From IMG/VR virus record IMGVR_UViG_3300020201_000102, positions 1 to 22,290 of that record: a DNA stretch of 22,290 nt; one strand, 5' to 3'. The notes under the pieces were generated by a model. That model was not told where the DNA came from and did not search any database. It was given only the letters and a program-made list of their open reading frames with translations. Shown piece by piece: positions 1 to 7,956 of the stretch. The translations under genes were made by a program, and so were the position numbers. This DNA comes from a virus. The first letter of the stretch is position 1; each line of letters opens with the position of its first letter.

Positions 1-1
1 T

Positions 2-2083
2 GGCCACGATGATGGTACTACGACTGCGAACGGAATGAACGCTGCCGGCGGCCTCACGGCGATTCAGGCGATTAGCGACGTCTCCGCCTCTCTCGGAAAG
101 GCTCTGGCCGTTCTCCACCACACTGGAACACTCGCCGCCCTGACGATCACTGGTGTCGCGCTCGACGCCAACAACTTCGTCGTCAAGCTGACCGGCTCGT
201 CTGGTGTGATCTTCGCCGCCACTGCCTCCTTCAGCAAGAACTCCTCGAATTACATTGAGAAGGTCCTCAATACAGATCCGACAAAGTTCACCACGTACGG
301 ACACTACCTCTACCAGAACTTCAGCTACGCCGTTCCAGCGACCTCGGCCTCTTGGTCAGCGGTAGGAATCAGTGGTTCGACGACAGCTTTCACCAGGAAC
401 TTCGAAGGTGGTCTTACAGCCTGGGTCAAGTCTCAGCCGATCGGTGGAATGGAATTCAACCTCTTCCGGTTCCACACCCTCTCGCACGGAAAGGCGACAA
501 ACGACGACATCAAGGTGATGGTCGCCAACGTTAAGCCCTCCCCGTCGCCACTGGCTACCGCCTATGGCACGTTCGATCTGGTCGTCCGTCGGTTCTCCGA
601 CACAGATCAGAAAGTGATCACCCTCGAGACCTTCGTGGGTTGTAACCTTGATCCTTCCTCCAAGAACTTCCTTCCACGCAAGGTCGGAGAGGTCAACGAG
701 GTCTTCGACACGGCCCAGCGAAAGTTCGTCGTCCAGGGAAACTTCCCCAACAAGTCCAAGCACATTCGTGTCGAGCTTGATACCGCAGCCAATGCTCCGG
801 CCGAGGCTCTTCCATGGGGTCACCGTGGTTACGAGAAGGAGCTCTTCACTGGCCCTCTCGCCGACGTTCCTGACATGGTGCTGACGATCAACCAATTCGA
901 TCGGAACGGAAACCTCGATCCGAACATCTCGTTCGGAATTTCCTTCGTGTCTGGTGGTATCGACGACAGGATGAAGGCGTTCCCGAACAACACTCAGACC
1001 CTGCGCGGAGCTGATGCCGACTTCTCGCTCGCCTTCCTCACCTCTTCCTACTTCAACGGGAAGCAGGTCTGGTCGTACAACCCGGCCGTTCCCGCTTCAC
1101 AGCAACACCAGGCCGTCTTTGCCTCGGCCTCGCTCTACCGGTTCAATCTACCGATGATCGGTGGGTTCGACGGATTTGACATCCGCGTAGCAGACTCCCT
1201 CTACCTGACCAACGTGGCAGATGACACAGACATCGGCGTCGTTTCTGCTAAGCGAGCCCTGGATACAGTCGCTAACCCTGACGCGTTCGATATGAACATC
1301 CTGGCGGTTCCTGGAGTCCACAATCTCAAGGTCACAGACAAGGCTCGCTCGGTCGTTAACGATCGTCGGGACACCATGTACGTTATGGACGTCACCGGAT
1401 CGACCGTTGCCGAAGTCATCGGTCAGCTCTCCTCCCGGGAACTGGACGACAACTACTCAGCCTGCTACTACCCTGATCTGAAGCTGAATGACAGGACGAA
1501 CAATAAGATCATCAGGGTCGCCCCGTCGATAGCCATTCTCGGAGCGATCGCATTTAGCGACCGTGTCGGGCAAGTCTTCTTCGCACCGGCCGGTCTCAAC
1601 CGCGGTGGTCTCGGACAGTTCGACATCATTGACGTCGTCGATCGCCTGACTTTCAGCGAGCGGAATGACCTGTACGACAGCAGGATCAATCCGATCGCCA
1701 CATTCCCGAACGAAGGGATCGTGGTCTTCGGACAGAAGACACTCCAGGCGCTGCCGTCTGCCCTTGATCGGATTAACGTCCGTCGGCTCCTCATCTTCGC
1801 CAAGAAGACGATCGCAGCAGCCGCTAAGCTTCTGCTCTTCGAGCCGAACAACCCCCAGACCTGGCAGCGGTTCCTGAACGCAGTCAACCCGATCCTGGAG
1901 AAGATCCGCCAAGACCAGGGAATCAACCGGTTCAAGGTTGTCATGGACACCTCGACGAACACCAACGACTTGATCGACCGGAACATCATGACTGGAAAGA
2001 TCTTCCTGGAGCCGACCAAGAGCGCTGAATTCATCGACCTCTCGTTCATCATCACGAACGCAGGCGTTAGCTTCGGCGAGTAA
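2..2083 (+). CDS. Contractile tail sheath protein (T4 gp18-like); probably 5'-truncated by the window edge
   Basis: The reading frame is open from nt 2 and the first ATG is at 35. The C-terminal half carries sheath-like blocks: NILAVPG, YYPDLKLND, APSIAILGAIAFSDRVGQVFFAPAGLNRGGL, RINPIATFPNEGIVVFGQKTL and INVRRLLIFAKK...FEPNN..TWQRF. It ends in TAA. The visible N-terminus lacks the usual sheath N-terminal block, which suggests the gene starts upstream of the window. Confidence 0.9.
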   Translation, partial: GHDDGTTTANGMNAAGGLTAIQAISDVSASLGKALAVLHHTGTLAALTITGVALDANNFVVKLTGSSGVIFAATASFSKNSSNYIEKVLNTDPTKFTTYGHYLYQNFSYAVPATSASWSAVGISGSTTAFTRNFEGGLTAWVKSQPIGGMEFNLFRFHTLSHGKATNDDIKVMVANVKPSPSPLATAYGTFDLVVRRFSDTDQKVITLETFVGCNLDPSSKNFLPRKVGEVNEVFDTAQRKFVVQGNFPNKSKHIRVELDTAANAPAEALPWGHRGYEKELFTGPLADVPDMVLTINQFDRNGNLDPNISFGISFVSGGIDDRMKAFPNNTQTLRGADADFSLAFLTSSYFNGKQVWSYNPAVPASQQHQAVFASASLYRFNLPMIGGFDGFDIRVADSLYLTNVADDTDIGVVSAKRALDTVANPDAFDMNILAVPGVHNLKVTDKARSVVNDRRDTMYVMDVTGSTVAEVIGQLSSRELDDNYSACYYPDLKLNDRTNNKIIRVAPSIAILGAIAFSDRVGQVFFAPAGLNRGGLGQFDIIDVVDRLTFSERNDLYDSRINPIATFPNEGIVVFGQKTLQALPSALDRINVRRLLIFAKKTIAAAAKLLLFEPNNPQTWQRFLNAVNPILEKIRQDQGINRFKVVMDTSTNTNDLIDRNIMTGKIFLEPTKSAEFIDLSFIITNAGVSFGE

Positions 2084-2165
2084 CGGAAAAGTCTAGTTGT
2101 GACAGTTTCAAAGATGGTGGCCGACATTGGCTATCCTTACAGCATGAGAGGGGAGAGAAAACAAA

Positions 2166-3185
2166 ATGCCTATTCATTCAATAAACGTGGATCCACAGAA
2201 CGTAACTGGATCTGTATCCCTCTCTGAAGCTGCTGACGTAAACGTATCAAATTTCCCGGCAACTCAAAACGTCCTGGCGCTGTCGGGATCAGTGGCCGGT
2301 CTCCTCGTGGGTGGGCAGCCAGTTTCATCTGCCAATCCTATTCCGATCTCAGGTTCGATTGGAGTGTCATTCGTAGATCAATACTCTGGTGGCGTCAGCG
2401 GTTCAATTCCTGTCTCGGCCTCTCTAGCGGGCTTTAGAGATCCTGGTGGTCTCCTCAAATACGCGAATGTAGATAATTTCGGCAACCAGATCATTACTGG
2501 CTCTGTAGGTATTAGTGGCGTTGTCAACGTATCCGTCATTAGCTCCTCGCATGCCGGAGGACTGAGCGGAAGTCTGCCGGTATCTGCATCGCTGGCAGGA
2601 TTCATCGGCGCAGATGGTACACTTCAAGCTGCCCATGTAGATGCATTTGGTAATCTGATTGTTACTGGTTCTGTCGGAATTGCTGGTGTAGTTAATGTCA
2701 CAGGTTCTACTTCGACGATCGTAACGAACGTCGTAACGATCACCGGAAGCGTCAACATTGACGGCGTCAGTACTGTCTCTGGTGCCCTTCAGGTAACTGG
2801 TTCTGTAATCTCTCAGCAGGGTACTACGCCGTGGATTGTATCTGGCTCTAACTGGATCCCGACAGTAACAGGTTCGATCGTTGTAACCAACAAGGTTGAC
2901 ACGAAGATCACTGCGCTCTCAGCCTCAGTATCATTTGTATCGGCAAGTGCAGGCGCCAGCGTCATACTCGTTTCGGCAAATCCGAATAGACTAGGTATTA
3001 CTCTGTACAATGATACGAATAAGAATGTCTATGTAAAGTTGGGGGTTTCTGCTTCTCTCAATGACTATACGACGCAACTCGCAAAAGACGACTATTACGA
3101 GATCCCGTTTGGATACCAGGGAAGGATTGATTCGTTCTCTGCGGTTTCCGTTACTGGCGTGGTTAGGATTACAGAGATCTCGTAA
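2166..3185 (+). CDS. Repeat-rich fibre-like virion protein with a C-terminal ~85-aa conserved domain
   Basis: ATG follows a purine-rich SD (gagaggggagag). The protein is Gly/Ser/Val-rich with (V/I)TGSVG and NFPATQNV motifs and an internal ~56-aa tandem duplication. It shares the blocks GLLVGGQPVSS.NPIPI.GS.G and QGT.PW..SGSNWIPT.TGS with the next gene. The C-terminal domain (aa ~255-339) is paralogous to 5755..6201 and 6783..7073. Confidence 0.8.
   Translation: MPIHSINVDPQNVTGSVSLSEAADVNVSNFPATQNVLALSGSVAGLLVGGQPVSSANPIPISGSIGVSFVDQYSGGVSGSIPVSASLAGFRDPGGLLKYANVDNFGNQIITGSVGISGVVNVSVISSSHAGGLSGSLPVSASLAGFIGADGTLQAAHVDAFGNLIVTGSVGIAGVVNVTGSTSTIVTNVVTITGSVNIDGVSTVSGALQVTGSVISQQGTTPWIVSGSNWIPTVTGSIVVTNKVDTKITALSASVSFVSASAGASVILVSANPNRLGITLYNDTNKNVYVKLGVSASLNDYTTQLAKDDYYEIPFGYQGRIDSFSAVSVTGVVRITEIS
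2388..2714 (+). repeat. In-frame tandem duplication (~168 nt / 56 aa, 2 copies) inside the fibre-like gene
   Basis: Copy 1 reads GGVSGSIPVSASLAGFRDPGGLLKYANVDNFGNQIITGSVGISGVVNVS. Copy 2 reads GGLSGSLPVSASLAGFIGADGTLQAAHVDAFGNLIVTGSVGIAGVVNVT. Confidence 0.8.
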
Positions 3186-3197
3186 AGAAACGGGTGA

Positions 3198-3380
3198 ATG
3201 ATGAGTCGCGGGAATGGACCGAGATCAGTAATCTATGATTCCGATGGTGACATTCCGCTGATCGGACAGCAGGCATCCAGTGGTTCACTTCCTGTAACAA
3301 TAGCGAATGATCAGACACCCGTTCCAGTAACGGGTTCAGTACTGACTATTTCGGGATCTGTAACGACAGTCGTCACTTGA
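3198..3380 (+). CDS. N-terminal segment (60 codons) of a fibre-like protein, ending at an in-frame TGA
   Basis: ATGATG start follows GGGTGA. It is in the same frame (mod 3 = 0) as 3456..4643. Its motif SSGSLPVTIANDQTPVPV recurs as TSASIPVVIASDQSNLKI in the downstream ORF. Its end, VLTISGSV, aligns with VLALSGSV of the paralogue 2166..3185. Confidence 0.55.
   Translation: MMSRGNGPRSVIYDSDGDIPLIGQQASSGSLPVTIANDQTPVPVTGSVLTISGSVTTVVT
3378..3380 (+). other. In-frame TGA interrupting a homology block (candidate readthrough site, split gene or nonsense mutation)
   Basis: The 25 codons after the TGA (SVIGLLVGGQPVSSLNPIPITGSVG) contain no ATG or GTG, yet they match GLLVGGQPVSSANPIPISGSIG of the paralogue at both protein and DNA level. 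Confidence 0.6.
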
Positions 3381-3455
3381 TCTGTCATTGGTCTCCTTGT
3401 CGGTGGACAGCCAGTTTCGTCACTGAATCCTATTCCGATCACGGGAAGTGTTGGG

Positions 3456-4643
3456 TTGAGTGGTCCCGTCGCCATCTCAAACTTCCCAGTAATTCAAACA
3501 ATCACTGGATCAGTAGGTCTCAGCGGTCCGATTACTGGAACAGTCGGGCTATCAGGTCCAGTTGCTGTCTCGAACTTCCCCGCGACGCAGAGTGTCACCC
3601 AGGGAACTTCCCCGTGGGTAATTTCAGGGTCAAACTGGATTCCAACCATAACAGGTTCTGTGGGTCTCAGTGGTCCTGTAACTATTTCTAACTTTCCGTC
3701 TGTGCAGACAGTCACAGGCTCCGTTGGAATCGAGGCTCCTATCTCGATCGGACAGTGGTTAGGATCTTCAACTCCGACAGTCGGACAGAAGGCAACGTCA
3801 GCGTCAATTCCAGTTGTGATCGCGTCTGATCAGTCAAATCTTAAAATCATAGGGGCGCATGTTACCGGTACGCAAGGTACTACAAATCCAGTATTGATTG
3901 GTGGCGTAACAACATCTGGCGACGTACAATATTTAAATCTTGATTCAAATGGAAATATTGGCGTTGTCATCGCAGCTAATCAACAAGCGCTTCCGCTTAT
4001 TATTAACATGAACTTCGAAAAGTCTGATGGGGCAATTCTGGAAAACGCGTATAAGCGTGTGATGGAGTACACTGTCCCTGCTGGTTTTAACGGATGGCTG
4101 ATTAGGTTCAGTTCGTTTCAGAACGAAGATTCAAAGTCGCGAATTGTTTCCGTGAAAAAACTTGGATCGTACAATGTCTTAACTGGTGTATACACATTTG
4201 ATGAATCATACGAGTATCCGCAGTGGAGTGGCGTCGCTGAAGCTGAAGTAACGACGGCCTTCAGCTCTGCCGGAGCATCCGTCGTGATTACTGTGACGTA
4301 TACGAACGAGAAAAGCGTGGCGGGACGTATCGGAACGTTCTCCATTCCAAAGAGTTCGATAGTTGGTAGTCGCTTCCGATTTACGTTTCAAAGCGGAGAT
4401 CTTGGACTCACTTCAATCCAGAGTATCACAGATAATTCTCCGAATACTGGCGTTGTCGATATTCTTGGCAATATCCAGCTTGCTTATCACAACGACATCT
4501 CTAATAAGAATCAGCTTGAGACAAACTATCAACCTGGCGCCATCGCATTTCCGTCCGGAACACTATTGGCAGTTGAGTACTCCGGCGGTACGGTGTCTAA
4601 GGATAGATTGTTCGACTTACTTATACAGTTGGTGACCCCATGA
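3456..4643 (+). CDS. Fibre-like or receptor-binding-like virion protein; coding signal actually begins at 3381
   Basis: The ORF-track start is a TTG. The N-terminal part has SGPV..SNFP..Q.VTGSVG repeats and QGTSPWVISGSNWIPTITGS. The C-terminal ~250 aa is a non-repetitive beta-rich region. The TGA stop overlaps the next ATG (ATGA). Confidence 0.8.
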   Translation: MSGPVAISNFPVIQTITGSVGLSGPITGTVGLSGPVAVSNFPATQSVTQGTSPWVISGSNWIPTITGSVGLSGPVTISNFPSVQTVTGSVGIEAPISIGQWLGSSTPTVGQKATSASIPVVIASDQSNLKIIGAHVTGTQGTTNPVLIGGVTTSGDVQYLNLDSNGNIGVVIAANQQALPLIINMNFEKSDGAILENAYKRVMEYTVPAGFNGWLIRFSSFQNEDSKSRIVSVKKLGSYNVLTGVYTFDESYEYPQWSGVAEAEVTTAFSSAGASVVITVTYTNEKSVAGRIGTFSIPKSSIVGSRFRFTFQSGDLGLTSIQSITDNSPNTGVVDILGNIQLAYHNDISNKNQLETNYQPGAIAFPSGTLLAVEYSGGTVSKDRLFDLLIQLVTP

Positions 4644-5728
4644 CGATTAGGATAAATGACGGCGTCATCATTGATATGACGTCGACTGGTTGGGACGAGT
4701 TCAAAAAGTGGATCAATGGTACAAACGCGAATTTGCGATTCGTGTGGGAAGATGAGGGACAGTCATATAACATTGTCGCCATTGACGGTTCAGTGTACAG
4801 AACTTTTGGAATCAACAAGGAAGATGCGTCTGAGTTTGAAGCGGTATACAAATCTATTGTCACGACAATTCAATCATCTAACATAGATGGCAGACAACGT
4901 GTGACTGCGGAAAAGTCCAACATACCCAAGAAAACGTTCATATCTCACGACTGGACAGACAAGACGACATGGACCGAAGCCTCAGCACGCATTGTTGACG
5001 AAGTGGCTAGCGGTTCAGGTAATGGACTGAACTATTCACTGTCGTTTATTGATATCATCGATACGTACCACGGCAAGATTACGCATGAAGATTACCTCAC
5101 AGATGGAAGCAACAGCTACAGAGTTGTCGTAAAGGTAAACGGTGTTCCCAAAGCAGAACAAGATCCTCATGTCGGCGCGGGTGGTGACTACGTTGTAAAT
5201 TACAATTCTGGTACGATCACGTTTAATTCTCAGCTAAGTGGAAGTGATCAGGTACAGGTGACGTATCATCATGCGTCCAGTAGTATCTTCACTATAAGAC
5301 CAGATTCTGGCAATGTTATTCGATTAGACTTCGCCGAAGTACAATTTTCGAGCAACGTGATAGTAAAAGATAGCGTTATTTTCCAACCATACGGTTTTGT
5401 CGATGTCTTTGCTCCGCAATTGCTCACGACAAATGGCGGACCACTGCCGCCAGGAACAAAGATACCTCTCGGAAATCCAGTAAAGTACAAGACTATGAGA
5501 GACTACCAGAACGAAGCTGTTAAGTCGTATCCTGCATACGACGCAATTGGTGGTTCTGGATGGAGAGGAACGCCATTTGGCGTCGTCGTTTTAGATTGGG
5601 ATTACGTTTCAAGTACGGTCCTTAAATCAAGCTGCGGAATGGAAATTCGCATTTATCTTGAACATAATGAGCCTTTTGGAGGTAGCTACGCAACCGCTAC
5701 GTTCTATTGTACATCGGAAAAAGAATGA
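4640..5728 (+). CDS. Hypothetical protein, probably virion or fibre-associated by context
   Basis: A 362-aa ORF whose start overlaps the upstream stop (ATGA). It shares the low-GC, A/T-ending codon style of 2166-4643. I recognised no motif. Confidence 0.75.
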   Translation: MTIRINDGVIIDMTSTGWDEFKKWINGTNANLRFVWEDEGQSYNIVAIDGSVYRTFGINKEDASEFEAVYKSIVTTIQSSNIDGRQRVTAEKSNIPKKTFISHDWTDKTTWTEASARIVDEVASGSGNGLNYSLSFIDIIDTYHGKITHEDYLTDGSNSYRVVVKVNGVPKAEQDPHVGAGGDYVVNYNSGTITFNSQLSGSDQVQVTYHHASSSIFTIRPDSGNVIRLDFAEVQFSSNVIVKDSVIFQPYGFVDVFAPQLLTTNGGPLPPGTKIPLGNPVKYKTMRDYQNEAVKSYPAYDAIGGSGWRGTPFGVVVLDWDYVSSTVLKSSCGMEIRIYLEHNEPFGGSYATATFYCTSEKE

Positions 5729-5754
5729 ATTGTTTGGAGGTGAAAGGATAATCA

Positions 5755-6201
5755 ATGTCATGGTTCGCGGACTCGATGATCAACCGACCTCCACGGTCGG
5801 ACGAAATCGGGCTGATAGTCAGGCCAATCTTCTCTGGTTCCGACCCCGGGGTGCTAACGGTTCAGTTCGCGTCAGGCGCATTCAATCTAGGCGCCATCTC
5901 CGGATCGTTTTCCACACCGCAGCCGAATACTGGCGACCTTCAAGCAATCCCGAATTCCACGTCGGCAGTCATCATCGCCAGTGGAAACTTGACCAGGATG
6001 GGACTGACGATCTTCAACGAATCTACTGGAACCCTTTACCTCCGTTGCGGCACCGGGGCTGCCACCAATATGTTCACAGTGAAGCTCTCTGCACAGGACT
6101 TCTGGGAGCTGCAGCCTCCGACCTATACGGGTGTCGTGACTGGTCTCTGGAACGTCTCGGATCCAGCTGGAAACGCCCTCGTCACTGAGTTCACCCCTTG
6201 A
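5755..6201 (+). CDS. Hypothetical protein carrying the shared ~85-aa C-terminal domain
   Basis: ATG follows GGAGGTGAAAGG. Residues ~66-148 (VIIASGNLTRMGLTIFNESTGTLYLRCGTGAA..FTVKL..QDFWEL.PPTYTGVVTGLW) align with the C-terminus of 2166..3185 and with 6783..7073. Confidence 0.8.
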   Translation: MSWFADSMINRPPRSDEIGLIVRPIFSGSDPGVLTVQFASGAFNLGAISGSFSTPQPNTGDLQAIPNSTSAVIIASGNLTRMGLTIFNESTGTLYLRCGTGAATNMFTVKLSAQDFWELQPPTYTGVVTGLWNVSDPAGNALVTEFTP

Positions 6202-6725
6202 TCGATGTCACCGGCGACCTCCGCCCGTTCTTCCAGAGGTTGCTGGCTGAGTCACTCCGAGACCTCAAGATGACTGTGGAGCCTTCCGTCGAAGTCTACA
6301 TTGTCTTCCTCCTCGACGAGATGGGCAAGGTCCCGTACGAAGAGGAACCTCTAGGAGTGAGGATGCTCCAGAGCGCGTACCAAGAGAGAACTATCGTCCT
6401 AAAAGATGTCGGCGACCGGTCCCTCTTCGTCTCCGGCTTCTTCGAGGAGAGGATGAAGAAGAGAGGGATCTCCTCTTCCTACTATGCAGGTCTGAGCTCC
6501 TCTGCATACTCAGAATTGTCCCGCAGGTATCCGGATCCATACGGCTTCCTAGCTACCAACGTAGTCCTCCTCCAGAGGGCGCTGAGGGGTGTCAGAGAGG
6601 CCTGCGACGCGTTGGGGTTGGATGCCTGGTCTGTCCACCAGGCCTGGCTCCAGAACAGGTCTCCGGCTCTTGAACGTCGCATGGCTAGACTTGGTATGTT
6701 CGTCCTTCCGGACGGAGAAGCCTGA
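6198..6725 (+). CDS. Hypothetical, predicted helical protein; start uncertain (TTG 6198 or ATG 6270)
   Basis: A 175-codon open frame with a high-GC codon style. TTG 6198 overlaps the upstream TGA. Neither candidate start has a clear SD. No motif recognised. Confidence 0.65.
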   Translation: MIDVTGDLRPFFQRLLAESLRDLKMTVEPSVEVYIVFLLDEMGKVPYEEEPLGVRMLQSAYQERTIVLKDVGDRSLFVSGFFEERMKKRGISSSYYAGLSSSAYSELSRRYPDPYGFLATNVVLLQRALRGVREACDALGLDAWSVHQAWLQNRSPALERRMARLGMFVLPDGEA

Positions 6726-6782
6726 AAGTCTGGCCCAAAGCTCTGGTTCGCCTCTAATTCTATATGAACTTGGAGGAAGATT

Positions 6783-7073
6783 ATGCCCGCTGATATGCTA
6801 TATGCGAACTCGGTGTCTGGATCGTCGATCGCCGCTTCGGCCACGACTGTCACCCTGCTTACACCCAATCCAGAACGAAATTCATTCTGGATCTTCAATA
6901 ACTCGTCTTCCGAGCTCTACGTGAAGATTGGGGCATCCGCCTCATTGACGGATTTTTCTTTCAAGATGCTATCCGGAAGCTTCCAGCTGATCCCTCCTCC
7001 GTGCCCGATCGTGCAAGTCACAGGCATCTGGGTTGTAGCGGTCGGGAATGCGAAGGTCACGAGCATCGACTGA
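6783..7073 (+). CDS. Small stand-alone copy of the shared ~85-aa domain
   Basis: ATG follows GGAGGAAG. The sequence TVTLLTPNPERNSFWIFNNSSSELYVKIGASASLTDFSFKML...VTGIWVV aligns across its whole length with the other two copies. Confidence 0.75.
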   Translation: MPADMLYANSVSGSSIAASATTVTLLTPNPERNSFWIFNNSSSELYVKIGASASLTDFSFKMLSGSFQLIPPPCPIVQVTGIWVVAVGNAKVTSID

Positions 7074-7080
7074 GGCTTCG

Positions 7081-7120
7081 TAGAGGTACAACTGGCGAAC
7101 GCACTTATCGAGTACCTCTA
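7081..7120 (+). promoter_or_regulatory. Perfect 9-bp inverted repeat (TAGAGGTAC...GTACCTCTA, 22-nt spacer) in the 153-bp gap upstream of the tube gene
   Basis: Read directly from the sequence. No U-tract follows it. An 8-bp palindrome, TTCTAGAA, lies at 7140-7147. Confidence 0.25.
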
Positions 7121-7226
7121 GAACCGAGCGACCCACGAAATTCTAGAAATGAGACCCAAAAGGAATCTTCCCGATACTTAGAACTGGGTCGGTGTGATTC
7201 AGGTCCAGAAATGAGGAGAAAAGAAA

Positions 7227-7718
7227 ATGCCAGCTGAAACGCTTGAAGTTGCACAGTTGCTCGCGAATACATACGAGCCGAAGAGGAAGTTCCGCTGGAT
7301 CCTACAGATCGATGGCCTCGACGCCTTCGTCATGAAGACCACGGCCCGCCCGCAGGCCACCTTTGAAGAGACGGTGGTCGACTACGTTAACGCCAAGCGC
7401 TACCTGGCTGGCAAGATGGCGTGGAATCCGATGGCTGTCACCATGCACGATCCTGTCGCCCCTTCGGCAGCTCAGAAGGTCATGGACTGGCTTCGCCTCA
7501 ACTACGAGCCTCTCACTGGCCGCATGGGCTACGCCTCCTTCTACAAGAAGGATTTCACCCTCAAGCTCCTGGATCCGCAGGGAACTGTTGTCGAGTTCTG
7601 GGACATCAAAGGTGGTTGGCCGCAGGACATCAACTGGGGAGACCTGGACTACGCCTCGAGCGACAACGCCGAGATCGCGTTCACCCTCCGCTTCGACAAC
7701 GCCACCCTCCAGTACTAA
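7227..7718 (+). CDS. Tail tube protein (T4 gp19-like)
   Basis: It is 163 aa, the same length as T4 gp19. The C-terminal block DIKGGWPQDINWGDLDYASSDNAEIAFTLRFDNA parallels the gp19 block IKGLWPTNVGELQLDWDSNNEIQTFEVTLALDYW. The SD is GAGGAGAAAAG. Confidence 0.9.
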   Translation: MPAETLEVAQLLANTYEPKRKFRWILQIDGLDAFVMKTTARPQATFEETVVDYVNAKRYLAGKMAWNPMAVTMHDPVAPSAAQKVMDWLRLNYEPLTGRMGYASFYKKDFTLKLLDPQGTVVEFWDIKGGWPQDINWGDLDYASSDNAEIAFTLRFDNATLQY

Positions 7719-7728
7719 GAGGTAGCAC

Positions 7729-7956
7729 GTGCCACTCCTCACGGAAGTATTCATCCTCAAAGAAGCCGTGGAACAGCCGAACGCGGCTGTTGAGAAGCTT
7801 CTGAGCAGTGGTGCCGTCAACAGCTTTACCCCTGAAGATTGGTTGGCCCTGGGCATCGCTGCCCTGGACCAGGCTGGACTTCCCGCTTCTGCCACCGCCG
7901 CCATCGAGAAGATGGCGCAGAAGAGCATGCCAATGGCACCTGGAACTGGAATATGA
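7729..7956 (+). CDS. Hypothetical small helical protein
   Basis: GTG start follows AAGAGGT, 10 nt after the tube gene stop. The product is 75 aa and Ala/Leu-rich. Confidence 0.55.
   Translation: MPLLTEVFILKEAVEQPNAAVEKLLSSGAVNSFTPEDWLALGIAALDQAGLPASATAAIEKMAQKSMPMAPGTGI

Noticed and set aside
1468-2127. Long minus-strand ORFs (for example 1468..2127, 7302..8150, 11041..11556, 12682..13254, 13562..14437, 15569..16054, 19643..20125)
   Set aside because: Each lies fully antisense to a + strand gene with strong motif support. Their products are Arg/Ser/Pro-rich low-complexity strings of the kind typically produced when codon-biased genes are read antisense, and none has a convincing RBS or motif.
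3378-3380. Genome-wide reassignment of TGA (code 4 or 25-like), or selenocysteine, to explain the in-frame TGA
   Set aside because: Fifteen other genes in the window end at TGA exactly where the next gene begins. No tRNA in the array has a UCA anticodon in my folds. I saw only a weak 5-bp hairpin with a 19-nt loop downstream, which is not SECIS-like.
5658-6188. A 176-aa + strand ORF overlapping 5755..6201 in another frame
   Set aside because: Its product is Arg/His/Trp-rich and looks out of frame. The competing frame carries the three-copy conserved domain and a strong SD (GGAGGTGAAAGG).
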